From positions 1,056,001-1,120,000 of the forward strand of contig OY769902.1 of assembly GCA_963669175.1 (NCBI GenBank): a stretch of 64,000 nt of DNA, given 5' to 3'. This document shows positions 1-10,902 of the stretch, piece by piece; the first letter of the stretch is position 1; each line of letters starts with the position of its first letter. Under the pieces are notes generated by a model, which worked only from the letters and a program-made list of their open reading frames with translations, had not been told where the DNA came from and did not search any database. The translations under genes were made by a program, and so were the position numbers. Origin of the DNA: a bacterium (lineage in GTDB: Bacteria > Electryoneota > Electryoneia > Electryoneales > Electryoneaceae).

Positions 1-981
1 TCGTGGGTTGTATAGAGCTACATAAAAGTTGGCTGCATTAATCAGCCGGGATAGTTGTGCATGAATAACTTCGAGCAATTCAAGGAGATTGGGTATTGTA
101 TTGGCGGCCTGGGAGATATGGAGCAGGACATCACGAATAATAATTTCTCTTTTTCGGTCTGTAATATCCTGGGCTGTTCCCAGCATACCGGTTATCTGCC
201 CGTCATTATCTCGTACTACTTCTCCCTTGGTGTATAGAGTTCGAATGGCCCCATCCTGCCTTTGCAGGCGAAATTCCATGACGAGGTTCTCATCACGATT
301 CCGCAGCAATTTCCGGAAAGGTTCTCTATCCTCCAGAAGGATGTGTCGGAATACCTCTTTAATGGGGATTGTGCCGCTTTCCGGGATGTCATCAATACCG
401 AAGATATTGAAGAGTTCATCAGACCATTTCGTAATGCCGGTAATAAAATCCCATTCCCAGGTTCCAAGATGAGCAATTTTCTGTGCATGGGAGAAATTTC
501 TCTGGTCTCGCAAAAGGTTTTGTTCGGTTTCTTTTTGCCTGGTGATATCAACCAGGATTCCTGTTATTCGAACCGGTTTGTCATGGCTATCCCATTCGGT
601 AATACTTCCCTTGGAAATCAACCAGACATACGTACCATCCTCTCTCGCCAGGTGGTATTCATCAATAATCACATTTGTTGAGGGAGAGGACAGCAGTTCT
701 GTGACTCTATTCCGGATACGCTCGCGATCATCCTTGTGTAAACGCTGCATGAATAATTCGAATGTGGGTTGGGTTTTTGTCAGATCTACCTGAAATAAAT
801 CAGCAATCTGTTTGTTAATATGCAAATTGCCGTCTCGCAAATTCCAATCCCAGAAACCGATTTCCATGGATGCGATGAGAGAATCATCGATGTGTGGGGA
901 GAACCTGGTTGTAATGGAGTCGTCAATAGCAACCTTAATTTCAACATCACTTCTTGTTGCAGTCTGGCTGGTTTTATTCAT
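1..981 (-). CDS. PAS/PAS/GAF sensor protein, 5' part (runs off the window edge)
   Basis: Own translation, absent from the ORF track because it has no stop in the window. ATG at 981 overlaps the upstream stop. Reads MNKTSQ...SMEIGFWDWNLRDG...YVWLISKG...GILVDITRQK...LGTWEWDF...GTAQDITDRK (two PAS_3-type domains), then LLHISQAAN...NFYVALYN (GAF start). Confidence 0.85.
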   Translation of the reverse strand, partial: MNKTSQTATRSDVEIKVAIDDSITTRFSPHIDDSLIASMEIGFWDWNLRDGNLHINKQIADLFQVDLTKTQPTFELFMQRLHKDDRERIRNRVTELLSSPSTNVIIDEYHLAREDGTYVWLISKGSITEWDSHDKPVRITGILVDITRQKETEQNLLRDQRNFSHAQKIAHLGTWEWDFITGITKWSDELFNIFGIDDIPESGTIPIKEVFRHILLEDREPFRKLLRNRDENLVMEFRLQRQDGAIRTLYTKGEVVRDNDGQITGMLGTAQDITDRKREIIIRDVLLHISQAANTIPNLLELLEVIHAQLSRLINAANFYVALYNPR

Positions 982-3913
982 CGGGGTAGCCGGTCAGATC
1001 ATTTTGTTTTGCTCGGTCGGAATCCAGGGCATTCCTGATTTGTATCCCTAGATCAATGGGGCGGAACGGTTTCGGGATAAACAGAATCCCCGGCTTTAGA
1101 ACACCATGTTCAACAATAGCGTTTTCGGTATGGCCACTCATATACAGAACCAGGATATTCGGGTGTTCCTGCTGCATCTGGGCGATCATCTGGGGGCCAG
1201 TCATGCCCGGCATGATCACATCTGATAAGATCATGTCGATTTCTGTATGTTTGTTATAATACAGTGCAATTGCTTCTTTCGGGGTAGGCGCGCTCAGGAC
1301 CGAGTAGCCATACTGTTCAAGGATACGGGTAGCCATATCCCGGACACCTTCCTCATCCTCAACAACGAGAATCGTTTCCGTTCCGTGCGGGTCAATATTC
1401 TCGTCCGGCTGCTGGTCATAGTTAAGCGCCTGACCACTGAACTTCGGCAGATAGATTCTAAATGTGCTTCCAATATTGATTTCACTGTAGACATGGACAA
1501 TCCCATGATTCTGCTTGACAATTCCGTATACAGTCGCCAATCCCAGGCCGGTCCCCTTACTCTCGCCTTTTGTGGTAAAAAATGGCTCGAAAATATGCTC
1601 GATTACCTCTTTGTCCATTCCATGGCCTGTATCAGATACGGATAATTGTACATACGAACCCGGCTCTACGCCCAGGTGATTGATCGCATATTCTTCATCC
1701 AGTTCAACATTGATCGTTTCGATTGTCAGTTTACCGCCATTGGGCATGGCATCGCGTGCATTGACCGCCAGGTTCACGACTACCTGCTCGATCTGGCTGG
1801 GGTCCGCTTCCACATTCCACAGGTCCGGGGAATGGATAAACTGCAGCCCGATATCTTCGCCAATGACACGTTTCAGCATGTTGCGCATGTTGGAAAGCGC
1901 TTCATTCAGGTTGATCGTTCGAGGCTGGATCACCTGTTTCCTGCTGAATGCCAGCAACTGACGCGTGAGCGTGGCCGCGCGTTCCGAGGTGGCGTCAATT
2001 TCGCGCACATAACGCCGTGCCGGGTGATCCTCTTCAAGCTTGAACAGGGCAATTTCCGCGTTGCCGGTGATTGCGGTCAGGAGGTTGTTGAAATCATGCG
2101 CAATGCCGCCGGCCAGTTTTCCGATGGCTTCCATACGCTGTGAGTGCTGTAATTGAGCTTTCAGGGATTTCTGTTGGGTGATGTCACGAACAAACCCCAG
2201 AACCGCCTTCTGGTTATCCCATTCTATCCGGGTCAGCTTGATTTCTATATGACGCAGGTCGCCATTTTTTGTGTGAATGCAAAATGATTCAATCGAAGAA
2301 GGATAGGTCCCGTTTTCGATGGATTCCATCTGATTCCGCATCGCGCCCTGATGTGATTCCGGCACCAGGGAAGGAATATCAAAATCAGGTGCGGTAAGCT
2401 CTTCAATTTCAAAACCAAAAATCTCCGCCATGCTGGGGTTGGTAACGACAAACTGGTTGCCAATACGCACATATACACCATCCGGCGATTCCTCAAAGAG
2501 TTTGCGAAATCGTTTTTCGCTAAGTTGCAGAGCTTCATGGGCACGTCTGCGCTCTGCTATCTCCTCACGTAATTCCAGGTTTGCCAGGCGTAGTTCTTCT
2601 GTCGTTGATTTCAGGTTGGCAGTCATCTGGTTTACTGAGTGTGCCAGCAAACCAATCTCGTCCTTGCTGTCGTGATCAACCGATATGTCAAAATTACCTT
2701 CGCCGATTCTTCTTGTTACTTCAGAAATATGCCGAAGTGGACGCACAACAGTCAGCCATGTGGTAAGAATGAATATTGCGAACAAGACACACCAGGTGAT
2801 TCCGGCAATAATAAGAAACCTGACCCTGAACATAGGCAGGACAGACATGACTTCCGCTTCCGGGATAATGATGCCGTACGTCCAATTTTGAAAATCAAGG
2901 TCATAGATATATGCAAAATAAGTTTCGCCCGATTCGTTCTTGTATCTGTGGATTTGAAGCTTCTCGGTTGTTTCGGTTGACAGATTGTTCCTGATTAGTT
3001 CCTGCAAAGCTGTATCGCTAAGATTGTCAAAACTAAGCTTGTCGCCCATCAATGCCACTTCACGCAACCTGTCAAGGTGATCCGGATGAAGCAGAATATG
3101 CCCCTCTTCGTCAAAAAGGAACACATAACCGTGGTGGAAATACCGTTTGTTCAATATCTGGTCGTAAATCTGGTCAAGGATGACATCGTGGCCAACGATC
3201 CCGAGAAACTGGTCGTCTACATAAACTGGTGTAACCAGGCTAATCATCCAGTGTTTCCAGATGGCATCGTAATAGGCGGGTGTCCATTCCGGGCTTCGGT
3301 CGGGGTTGTGTTCCGGATCGGCAGTATAATAAAACACATCGCTGGTAAAATCATGATCTGCTTCAATCTGCATTGCCCAGTCTTTGGGGTAAATACGCAG
3401 GAAGCCGCGCTTACTGATGTAATAGGTGTTAAATACGGCTGCACGTACCCCTTTGGCATACCCGGTGAACTCGTGGCCAGTCAGATATACTTCACGCTTC
3501 AAGTCGCTGGTAACGGTGGCAAGCGAGGAGATAAACACACCGGATACATCTTCCTTTTTGTGGCCGAAATCGAGGTTGGTACGGAAGGCGCCATCCTTCA
3601 TAATGTAGCGGTCATCAAAGTCCTGCCAGCCAATCGGCGGAAGAGCCAGACGTTTTTCCAGGTAAGCAGAAGAGGTGTGACCGAGGGTTTCGAGATTTTC
3701 AAAATATCCATCCAGTTCATTGCCTTCAGAATTAATAAAAGTCCTTATGGCCTCATGAGTATTAGACCGAATCATCGCCTCAAGCGATTTCTGGGTCATG
3801 TATCCGAGGAAGAGGAAAAATGGGACAATGACAACGAGAAACGTGATAACGACACGTCCCAGTAACATTATCCTGAAGCCGGATTGATGTTTTTTTTCAG
3901 CCGGGGTACTCAT
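974..3913 (-). CDS. Hybrid sensor histidine kinase/response regulator (Cache-HAMP-PAS-HisKA-HATPase-REC)
   Basis: Two TM segments flank a Cache-like region (WTPAYYD), followed by HAMP (DEIGLLA), H-box [14 protein letters not shown]-boxes DTGHGM/GTGLGL and REC ([17 protein letters not shown]). Confidence 0.95.
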   Translation of the reverse strand: MSTPAEKKHQSGFRIMLLGRVVITFLVVIVPFFLFLGYMTQKSLEAMIRSNTHEAIRTFINSEGNELDGYFENLETLGHTSSAYLEKRLALPPIGWQDFDDRYIMKDGAFRTNLDFGHKKEDVSGVFISSLATVTSDLKREVYLTGHEFTGYAKGVRAAVFNTYYISKRGFLRIYPKDWAMQIEADHDFTSDVFYYTADPEHNPDRSPEWTPAYYDAIWKHWMISLVTPVYVDDQFLGIVGHDVILDQIYDQILNKRYFHHGYVFLFDEEGHILLHPDHLDRLREVALMGDKLSFDNLSDTALQELIRNNLSTETTEKLQIHRYKNESGETYFAYIYDLDFQNWTYGIIIPEAEVMSVLPMFRVRFLIIAGITWCVLFAIFILTTWLTVVRPLRHISEVTRRIGEGNFDISVDHDSKDEIGLLAHSVNQMTANLKSTTEELRLANLELREEIAERRRAHEALQLSEKRFRKLFEESPDGVYVRIGNQFVVTNPSMAEIFGFEIEELTAPDFDIPSLVPESHQGAMRNQMESIENGTYPSSIESFCIHTKNGDLRHIEIKLTRIEWDNQKAVLGFVRDITQQKSLKAQLQHSQRMEAIGKLAGGIAHDFNNLLTAITGNAEIALFKLEEDHPARRYVREIDATSERAATLTRQLLAFSRKQVIQPRTINLNEALSNMRNMLKRVIGEDIGLQFIHSPDLWNVEADPSQIEQVVVNLAVNARDAMPNGGKLTIETINVELDEEYAINHLGVEPGSYVQLSVSDTGHGMDKEVIEHIFEPFFTTKGESKGTGLGLATVYGIVKQNHGIVHVYSEINIGSTFRIYLPKFSGQALNYDQQPDENIDPHGTETILVVEDEEGVRDMATRILEQYGYSVLSAPTPKEAIALYYNKHTEIDMILSDVIMPGMTGPQMIAQMQQEHPNILVLYMSGHTENAIVEHGVLKPGILFIPKPFRPIDLGIQIRNALDSDRAKQNDLTGYPDE

Positions 3914-4265
3914 CGAAAAGGTAACCCCTCTCCCTCTAATGACTGTGGCAGAAACGTAAAGAATAGTTACACGGTAAACAGTCTATTCTGAAGCAAATGA
4001 AAATAAACACCGCACGCAAATGCAACGAAACCGGTCATCAGCAGGATAATTCTCACTGTAAAGACGGCTATATAGCAGGGAACGCGACCTGTAAATATTG
4101 TACGTAAAACGAGCTCGTATTTCCAGAGGATAGGGGATGATATTTTTGACCTGCTTGATAATACCAATCATATTATTGTAACAATATCAATGTTTTGCGA
4201 ACAGGCGGGGGGACGACGTTTCAGAAAATCAATTCTGTTTCTGAAAAACAGTGATTTCCATTTAC

Positions 4266-4292
4266 AAAAAAATCCCGGCTTTCACCGGGATT
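4266..4292 (-). terminator. Intrinsic terminator
   Basis: aatcccgg/ccgggatt stem followed by a T run on the minus strand, just after the 4320 stop. Confidence 0.75.
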
Positions 4293-4319
4293 GAAGTAGC
4301 AACAATTCAGAAGGGCAAA

Positions 4320-5294
4320 TCAGACCTGCCCGAAGTTCTTCAGGAACTGCACACGTTCGAAGAAAGCGGGATTGCTCACATTGGACTGTTTGAGCCGTCC
4401 CTTGAAATCGTCAACAGTTTTGTAGTTGTGGCGATCCATCCAGTCACTGATGAATTTTACTGTTTCCTGGACAATCGGCGGGTGTTTCTTGTACACCGCG
4501 CTGACCATTTGAACTGCGGAAGCGCCGGCCAGGATCATTTTTACCGCTGTTTCGCCGTCGTGAATCCCTGTTGACGCTGCAAGGTCACACCTGGCAAACT
4601 CGGAGGCGATGGCCATCCAGCGTAACGTAGGCAGGTAATCATCACCGGAACTGAAGGGATACCCCGGTTTCAGGTTCACTTTTTCGATGTCGATATCCGG
4701 GTTGTAGAACCGGTTGAACATCACGATTCCCTTTACGCCGCTTTCGGAGAGGAATTTAAGTGTGTTGGCAAAATTGCTGAAATAGGGACTCAATTTCACA
4801 GCAACCGGAATCTCCACCTTCGACAGAACATCTTTCACCAGTTTGAACAGGGTGTCTTCCACCTGGCGATCACCCAGTTTGGGATCGCTGGGAAGAACGA
4901 AATAGTTCAACTCAAGACCGTCCGCGCCGGCATCGGCAAACTTCCGGGCATATTCGGTCCAGGAAGAAGCCGTCATGCAATTAATGCTGGCAATAATCGG
5001 AATATCTACCTTCCGCTTGGCGCTTTCAATCAGCTTGATATACTGTTCCAGGTGGTGTTCTTTTACATAAACATCGAAATAATCAGCGCCTTCCGGGTGG
5101 TAGCCGACTTCGTTCAGTTCGTGGTCTGTCTCAATCAGAATCTGCTCTTCAAAGACACTTTTCAGGATGACTGCTCCAGCGCCCGCTCTGGCTAACTGTT
5201 CAATGGAATCCACCGAATCTGTCAAACCGGACGATCCGACGATGACCGGATTCTTCAGGTCCAGGCCCATATACTTCATGTTCAAATCGGCCAT
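4320..5294 (-). CDS. Dihydroorotate dehydrogenase-like flavoprotein
   Basis: LKNPVIVGSS, GAGAVILKSVFEEQI, IPVAVKLSPYFS, MFNRFYNPDID, LAGASAVQMVS match the DHOD-like family. Confidence 0.9.
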   Translation of the reverse strand: MADLNMKYMGLDLKNPVIVGSSGLTDSVDSIEQLARAGAGAVILKSVFEEQILIETDHELNEVGYHPEGADYFDVYVKEHHLEQYIKLIESAKRKVDIPIIASINCMTASSWTEYARKFADAGADGLELNYFVLPSDPKLGDRQVEDTLFKLVKDVLSKVEIPVAVKLSPYFSNFANTLKFLSESGVKGIVMFNRFYNPDIDIEKVNLKPGYPFSSGDDYLPTLRWMAIASEFARCDLAASTGIHDGETAVKMILAGASAVQMVSAVYKKHPPIVQETVKFISDWMDRHNYKTVDDFKGRLKQSNVSNPAFFERVQFLKNFGQV

Positions 5295-5427
5295 GAATCA
5301 ATCTCCCCTAATCTTTGGCAATCGTTTTGTTCAAGAACACAAGTTAGCAGCAGAAGCCGTTTGCATAAAGTGTAATGAAACGGCTGATCAAGACTCCGGT
5401 ACTCCAGTGTCCATTCGAACCGATCCA

Positions 5428-6903
5428 CTACAATTGCGGTGGCGTACCCTTTTCACGCAACAGGTTTGCCAGCCAGCGCATGCGTCGGACGACAGTCTCT
5501 TTCCCCAGAACACCGAGCATTTCAAACAGGCTCGGACCGCCACCCACACCACTGACAGCCAGTCGAGTCGGATGAATTAAAGCGCCCGCGTTCACATCCA
5601 GCTCTTCCGTGTACACACGAAGCGCTTCTTCCAGGGCTGGCTCAGACCAGTCTTCCACCTGTTCAAACCGATCAGCAAGCGTATCCAATCTCTCTGGTGT
5701 CGCTTCGTCTTTCAGGCGTTTCCGTGCCGCTTTCGGATCGAGTGTTTCCGGATCTTTGAAGAAGAAATCGCCACGCTCCAGGATGTCTTTGGGAAAACGC
5801 GCACGGCTTTTCAGTAACCGCACCGCTACCGGCAGCATACGTGCGCTACCCTTGGGGAAAACACCTTCTGCAACCAGCGCCGCAAACGGCATCTTCAAGA
5901 TGTCAAACAGGGCTTCGTCCGACATCTGGCTGACAAATTCCCCGTTGACCCATTCCAGCTTCTGTTCGTCAAACACGGCGCTGGCCTGGTTCATACCCTT
6001 GATGGTAAACGCTTCAATCAACTCATCACGAGTCATCAGTTCCCGATCATCACCGGGTGACCAACCGAGCATGGCAAGGTAGCTCAGGATGGATTCTGGC
6101 AGGTATCCCTTGTCACGATATTCGGTCAACGCTGTCGCGCCATGACGCTTGGAAAGCCGTTTTTTGTCCGGGCCAAGAATCAGGGGTACATGGGCAAATT
6201 CCGGCACATCCCACCCCAGCGCCTTGTATATCAGGATCTGCTTCGGAGTGTTTGTGATATGGTCGTTGCCGCGTACCACGTTGGTAATGCCCATATCCCA
6301 GTCATCCACCACCACAGCCATCTGGTAGGTCGGCTGACCGTCACGACGCTGGATGATGAAGTCCTCGATGGTTTCCGGGTTGACTTCGACTTTTCCATGA
6401 ACGCCATCCATGAAGACAACGGGCTCTTCCGGCACCTTGAAACGTACCGCGAAGGGCTCGCCACGCATCATACGGTCATCGGATTCCTTCAGGGAGAGGC
6501 CACGGTCGGGGCTACGGAAGGCGGCGCCTTCGCCACGATCTATCGCGGCCTGCTTCATCTTCTGGGCTTCATCCGGGTCCATGAAATCACGATAGGCAGA
6601 GCCACGATTGACCAGCTCATCCACGATTTCCTGGTAAAAACTGATCCGTGAGGACTGATGGAGGATCTCCTCATCCCATTCCAATCCCAACCACTTCAGC
6701 GCATCCAGAATGTCCGTTTCATATTCCTGTTTGGAACGTGCACGGTCAGTATCTTCAATGCGAACAACAAACTTGCCACCTTCGTGTTTGGCCAGAAGGT
6801 AGTTGAAAATCGCTGTTCTGGCTCCACCTATATGCAAAAATCCAGTCGGGCTGGGTGCGAAACGGTAGCGGATTACTTTCTTGGGCATCACTTCGTCAAT
6901 CAT
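5428..6903 (-). CDS. gltX: Glutamate--tRNA ligase
   Basis: RFAPSPTGFLHIGG (HIGH), RIEDTD, LSKRHGA (KMSKS-like) and the anticodon-binding C-terminus. Confidence 0.97.
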   Translation of the reverse strand: MIDEVMPKKVIRYRFAPSPTGFLHIGGARTAIFNYLLAKHEGGKFVVRIEDTDRARSKQEYETDILDALKWLGLEWDEEILHQSSRISFYQEIVDELVNRGSAYRDFMDPDEAQKMKQAAIDRGEGAAFRSPDRGLSLKESDDRMMRGEPFAVRFKVPEEPVVFMDGVHGKVEVNPETIEDFIIQRRDGQPTYQMAVVVDDWDMGITNVVRGNDHITNTPKQILIYKALGWDVPEFAHVPLILGPDKKRLSKRHGATALTEYRDKGYLPESILSYLAMLGWSPGDDRELMTRDELIEAFTIKGMNQASAVFDEQKLEWVNGEFVSQMSDEALFDILKMPFAALVAEGVFPKGSARMLPVAVRLLKSRARFPKDILERGDFFFKDPETLDPKAARKRLKDEATPERLDTLADRFEQVEDWSEPALEEALRVYTEELDVNAGALIHPTRLAVSGVGGGPSLFEMLGVLGKETVVRRMRWLANLLREKGTPPQL

Positions 6904-7412
6904 GGTTTCTCCGGGTTCTCCGGTTTAAATGTTGTCCTGTCCGTTGACATGTCCTGTTCTTCAGGAGCATTGTCACCATGCGATACCGGCGATGGTTCCA
7001 CAGCGGTTTCTTCCAGGGTAGCGCTGTGAACCTTAACTTGTGCTGGAGCGCCGGGAAATGGTTTTGGACTCCACGTTTGCTCAGGCACATCTTTTATCTC
7101 AACCTCAACACCTCCCATAAGGGAAGTCATGGCATTGTAAACCAGTGCGGCTGCAAGAAGCGTAAGGGTCCAGAAAGCCGCAGACATGAATGATAACAAC
7201 ACCCCCATCATCAGCATCGAAAACCAGCCGGTCAAAGCTAAGCCAAAGTCAGCCAAGGCTGGAGCCAGCCCTGATGATGCGAGCAGGGATGATAGAAACA
7301 GCCAGTATTCCAGGTACAGCAGAAAACTCAGCACGAAGGAAACCAGCATCCCAGTTTTCAACACCGAGAGAAGCCGAACCCGCTTTACTTCGTATATCGA
7401 GCAATCCGCCAC
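6900..7412 (-). CDS. Membrane protein, DUF3566-like
   Basis: N-terminal VKRVRLLSVLK, two hydrophobic helices and VYN...MGGVEVEI. Overlaps the gltX start (ATGA). Confidence 0.65.
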   Translation of the reverse strand: MADCSIYEVKRVRLLSVLKTGMLVSFVLSFLLYLEYWLFLSSLLASSGLAPALADFGLALTGWFSMLMMGVLLSFMSAAFWTLTLLAAALVYNAMTSLMGGVEVEIKDVPEQTWSPKPFPGAPAQVKVHSATLEETAVEPSPVSHGDNAPEEQDMSTDRTTFKPENPEKP

Positions 7413-7796
7413 AATCTACCTCGTCACAAGTTGTCGCAAGTTCTGAAGATAGGTAAGGTACACCAAACGGTCAAGGTAAACCTGAGAACTCACTGATCCT
7501 GAAGTCCACCCGGAAACAGGAGAGCTTAACACAGGATAGAAAAAGCTGCTCGTGAAAATAAACCGTCATGATATACGCGTCCCCTTTTCCCGGCAATCCC
7601 CATTATAACGGGAAGATATCGAGCACAGCACACAAAATGCGGCAAGGTAAGTATTAAATCAATATAGATTTAAGACAATTATTGGTGAAAGTTAGCTAAT
7701 TGAAGACATATTGCAATGATATGTCTCTCTTTGTGTTGGATCACCGCTATGATTTCCGTACACTCTTCTAACATTTTCTGACTCATAACAAAGGAA

Positions 7797-8813
7797 ATGG
7801 CAATGAAAACGCCCCTTCGCGAGCACTATTCCGGGTGTCTTATCGGTCAGTGTCTTGGAGACGCCCTGGGATGTCCCTTGGAAGGATTAGACGCCCCCTT
7901 CTGCATGAACGCCTTAAACGAGCTGAATCTCCGTGGCATCGTTGCATGGAGAAGCTCACAATCCCTCCCGCCCGGTCAGTATACGGATGATTCTCAACTG
8001 GCTCGGGAACTGTTGCGTAGTCTCCTGGCTCAAAATGGGTTCGATGCAAAAGACTATTCGGCACGCCTGGTAGACTTGTTCCTTTCTGACAAGGTTGTCG
8101 GCCAGGGTATGGCGACACACAATGCCGTAATGCGTCTTTCGCGTAATATACCCTGGGAGGCAAGTGGCGCGCCTGCACCATCGGCAGGAAACGGCACTGC
8201 AATGCGTGCCGGGCCGGTTGGCCTCTTCTACTACAATGATCCGGATAAATTATGTGAAGTTGCTCATTTGCAGGGATATGGCACTCACCAGGATCCACGC
8301 TGCAGCGCCGGTTCTATTGCCATTGCGGGCGCAGTCGCTCTTGCCTTGACCATGGAAGAGATCGAACCAGTCGCTTTCTGTAACCAGTTGGCAGCATGGA
8401 TGGAGCCCTATGATAAAGGGTTTTCCGGTTATATTCGCATGCTGCCGAATTGTCTGCATAGCAGTTTCGATACATGTGTGGAAAAACTGCTTGCCATTGA
8501 CAGAACTGGAGACATGACCAGCCACTGGCCGGGAGTATCTCCCTATGTCGTTACCAGCGTATGCTGGAGTCTTTTCGCTTTTCTCCTGAATCCGGAAGAT
8601 TACTGGAAAGCTGTCCAGATGGCGATCGTGATTGGAGGCGATGTTGACACGACCGGCGCCATGACAGGCGCCATAGCCGGAGCCAGGGTTGGACTGGACA
8701 GGATACCCGAAGACTTTGCCAGGATGGTAAATGATCAAAATGAATGGGGCTATAGCGAGCTGAAGGAATTGGCGGACCAGGTTTTTGACAGGCTTCATCC
8801 CGGACAGGCATAA
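7797..8813 (+). CDS. ADP-ribosylglycohydrolase (DraG/ARH family)
   Basis: GDALG, YTDDSQL, AGNGTAMR and GGDVDTTGAMTGAIAGA motifs. RBS aagga upstream. Confidence 0.93.
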   Translation: MAMKTPLREHYSGCLIGQCLGDALGCPLEGLDAPFCMNALNELNLRGIVAWRSSQSLPPGQYTDDSQLARELLRSLLAQNGFDAKDYSARLVDLFLSDKVVGQGMATHNAVMRLSRNIPWEASGAPAPSAGNGTAMRAGPVGLFYYNDPDKLCEVAHLQGYGTHQDPRCSAGSIAIAGAVALALTMEEIEPVAFCNQLAAWMEPYDKGFSGYIRMLPNCLHSSFDTCVEKLLAIDRTGDMTSHWPGVSPYVVTSVCWSLFAFLLNPEDYWKAVQMAIVIGGDVDTTGAMTGAIAGARVGLDRIPEDFARMVNDQNEWGYSELKELADQVFDRLHPGQA

Positions 8814-8832
8814 AAAAAACCGCAATGCGGTT
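8812..8832 (-). terminator. Intrinsic terminator between convergent genes
   Basis: aaccgca/tgcggtt stem with an A8 run (T8 on the minus strand). Confidence 0.6.
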
Positions 8833-8858
8833 ATCAGGGGTAATACGGATACGTTGAG

Positions 8859-9266
8859 TTAACGGAACAACGCCTTCAGGCTGCCCCAGGTTTGCTGTAC
8901 CAGGTTATTATTAACTTCCACAGACCTTACGGGGCTGTACGACTGGTTGCCACCATAGCTCGTGTCGATCCGGAGGCGGTAATAATAGGTTGTTGCGGAA
9001 GCCTTCAGCACATCATGATCGATGTACGTATAGGTCTCGCCATTTCCCAGGAGATTGTTGAATGTGGCGATCTCCAGGAAATTGTCCTGGTTGCCCATGG
9101 AGCGCTCGATGGCGTAACGGGTCACACCGCGTTCGTCCGCCATTTGCCAGGTAATCACCGGCCAGGAGCCGTTGATATAGGCACGGAAGCTTTGAAGCTG
9201 TGCACCAATAGCTGCTACACTGAGAAGCAGTACAAGTATGGATGCTATGTAGTAGTGCTTTTTCAT
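8859..9266 (-). CDS. Small secreted Fn3/Ig-like protein with C-terminal TWGSLKALFR
   Basis: Sec signal peptide, then a SFRA...ITW...IERS...YTYID...YYYRLRI...YSPV beta-sandwich pattern. Confidence 0.8.
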   Translation of the reverse strand: MKKHYYIASILVLLLSVAAIGAQLQSFRAYINGSWPVITWQMADERGVTRYAIERSMGNQDNFLEIATFNNLLGNGETYTYIDHDVLKASATTYYYRLRIDTSYGGNQSYSPVRSVEVNNNLVQQTWGSLKALFR

Positions 9267-9530
9267 GTTACCAATAAACTAAGCAACTTTCGTTCTACAG
9301 GTCAAGTCCCAGATTCAATGAAACAACATAAATCTCTGTGAAGAATTAACCCGTGATTCACCGCACGTCTCCGCAGTCACTAACCGTTAACCGGAGACAT
9401 GTATTATATTTTTATGATCGTCTCGAACCTCGAGTCTTTTTCCCCTTGCCAGTCGCATGAGAATGCTCTACATTTCGGGGTTCCAGATAATACGTCAAGA
9501 CAACAGCTTACGTCAAGCAGGTAAACACTC

Positions 9531-10211
9531 ATGGCACGTGCCCAAAAAAGACTGACCAAAAAAGAGATTCGCCAGGATCCGCTGATTGAAACAGCCGGCA
9601 AGGCGAAAAGTTTCATGGATGTTCATGGCCGTCTGGTGTCCATCATAGCAGCGGCTATCATTGCTGTGGTCATCGTTGTTGTGGTCTTCAGCAACATTCG
9701 TGAGCAAGCCAACTATGATGCGTTGACTTCACTTGCCAGGATTCGCCAGGTAGTGGCGACCGGGAAGAAGGATGTAGCCACAGACAGTCTCAATGTCATA
9801 GCTGACCGGTATACCGGAACACAGGGTGGTGCGGAAGCAGTCATTCAGTTGGCAGAGTTGCAGCTTGCTGAAGGAAACAATGAAGAAGCCCTGGAGGCGT
9901 TTCAGCGTCTCGGAGACAAATACAGCGGTGAATATCTGATGACAGAAGCCGCGTTAAGCGGTCAGGCGGCGGCGCTGGAGAACCTGGGCCGCTACGAAGA
10001 AGCTGCTCAGACCTGCGAAGAGCTGTACCGGAAGAACAAGTTTGGTCATGTAAAGCCTTTCGCCCTTTTCGAAGCCGGGCGTCTCTGGGTTCTCGCTGGC
10101 GATAACGACCGTGCAGCAAAGAAATTCCAGCAGTTGCTTGACGATTATGAAGAGACCGATTTCGACAAGGAAGCGGAACTTCAACTGACGTTGTTGCAGC
10201 AGCAAGGGTAA
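9531..10211 (+). CDS. Membrane-anchored TPR protein (YfgM-like)
   Basis: Basic N-terminus (KKEIRQDPL), one TM helix, then TPR repeats. Confidence 0.85.
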   Translation: MARAQKRLTKKEIRQDPLIETAGKAKSFMDVHGRLVSIIAAAIIAVVIVVVVFSNIREQANYDALTSLARIRQVVATGKKDVATDSLNVIADRYTGTQGGAEAVIQLAELQLAEGNNEEALEAFQRLGDKYSGEYLMTEAALSGQAAALENLGRYEEAAQTCEELYRKNKFGHVKPFALFEAGRLWVLAGDNDRAAKKFQQLLDDYEETDFDKEAELQLTLLQQQG

Positions 10212-10271
10212 GTTGCGAGCCAATCTATAGCTTGACTTTTATGAAGTTTCTTTTTAGCTTAGGATGCTATC

Positions 10272-10300
10272 AAGAGTGGGCCTCGCCCACTCTTTACTTT
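10272..10300 (+). promoter_or_regulatory. rimP leader hairpin (attenuator-like)
   Basis: aagagtgggc-ctc-gcccactctt followed by a T-rich stretch immediately 5' of rimP. Matches the widely conserved GGGC..GCCC rimP-leader. Confidence 0.75.
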
Positions 10301-10317
10301 TAGGCAAGGGTACTGTT

Positions 10318-10848
10318 TTGTTGACCGAGCGCCGCATTCGCGAACTTCTCATTCCCACTATTACGGATGCAGACGTTGAAGTGATGGACATCCGTGTTGG
10401 TGGTGCAGGCGGACGTTTGCGCATGACAGTGACCCTGGACCATCATCAGCGCGCGATTACGCTTGACGAGTGCGGGATGTGGTCACGCAGGTTTGAAGAA
10501 GCGTTGGACCTCGCAAAAGATGTTCCGCGTGAATACGCGCTGGATGTGTCATCGCCCGGGTTGGACTGGCCCCTGAAGCAGGCCTGGCAATTCGAAAAGA
10601 ATGTGGGTCGAACATTACAATTGGTTTACCGTGCCCCCGAGCTGGAAGATCAGCTTGAGACTACGGCAAAAGTAGCCAGACCGGTTATGGGGAAGAAGAA
10701 AAAGCAGAAGAAGCTTGCAGCTCCCCCGGGACATCGTCTGGTTGAAGCAGAGCTAAAGGCTGTACGGGAAAACGGTATCGTCATGGGAGAAAGCGATCTC
10801 TACGAGTTTGATCGCATTACGGAGGCGCGAGTCGCCCTACCGTGGTAG
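10318..10848 (+). CDS. rimP: Ribosome maturation factor RimP
   Basis: ITLDECG, YALDVSSPGLDWPL; first gene of the nusA-infB operon. Start moved to TTG 10318/10321 after RBS aaggg. Confidence 0.9.
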   Translation: MLTERRIRELLIPTITDADVEVMDIRVGGAGGRLRMTVTLDHHQRAITLDECGMWSRRFEEALDLAKDVPREYALDVSSPGLDWPLKQAWQFEKNVGRTLQLVYRAPELEDQLETTAKVARPVMGKKKKQKKLAAPPGHRLVEAELKAVRENGIVMGESDLYEFDRITEARVALPW

Positions 10849-10902
10849 ATCGAAGCGTTACCGACTTTCACCCGAAAACCGGGAAACCCGGAGAGTGAAA
10901 AG

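Noticed and set aside
3967-4171. Short minus-strand ORFs upstream of the kinase
   Set aside because: No clear RBS or motif; probably promoter DNA.
7797-8813. ADP-ribosylglycohydrolase as part of a toxin-antitoxin or defence system
   Set aside because: No ADP-ribosyltransferase, macrodomain or toxin gene is adjacent.
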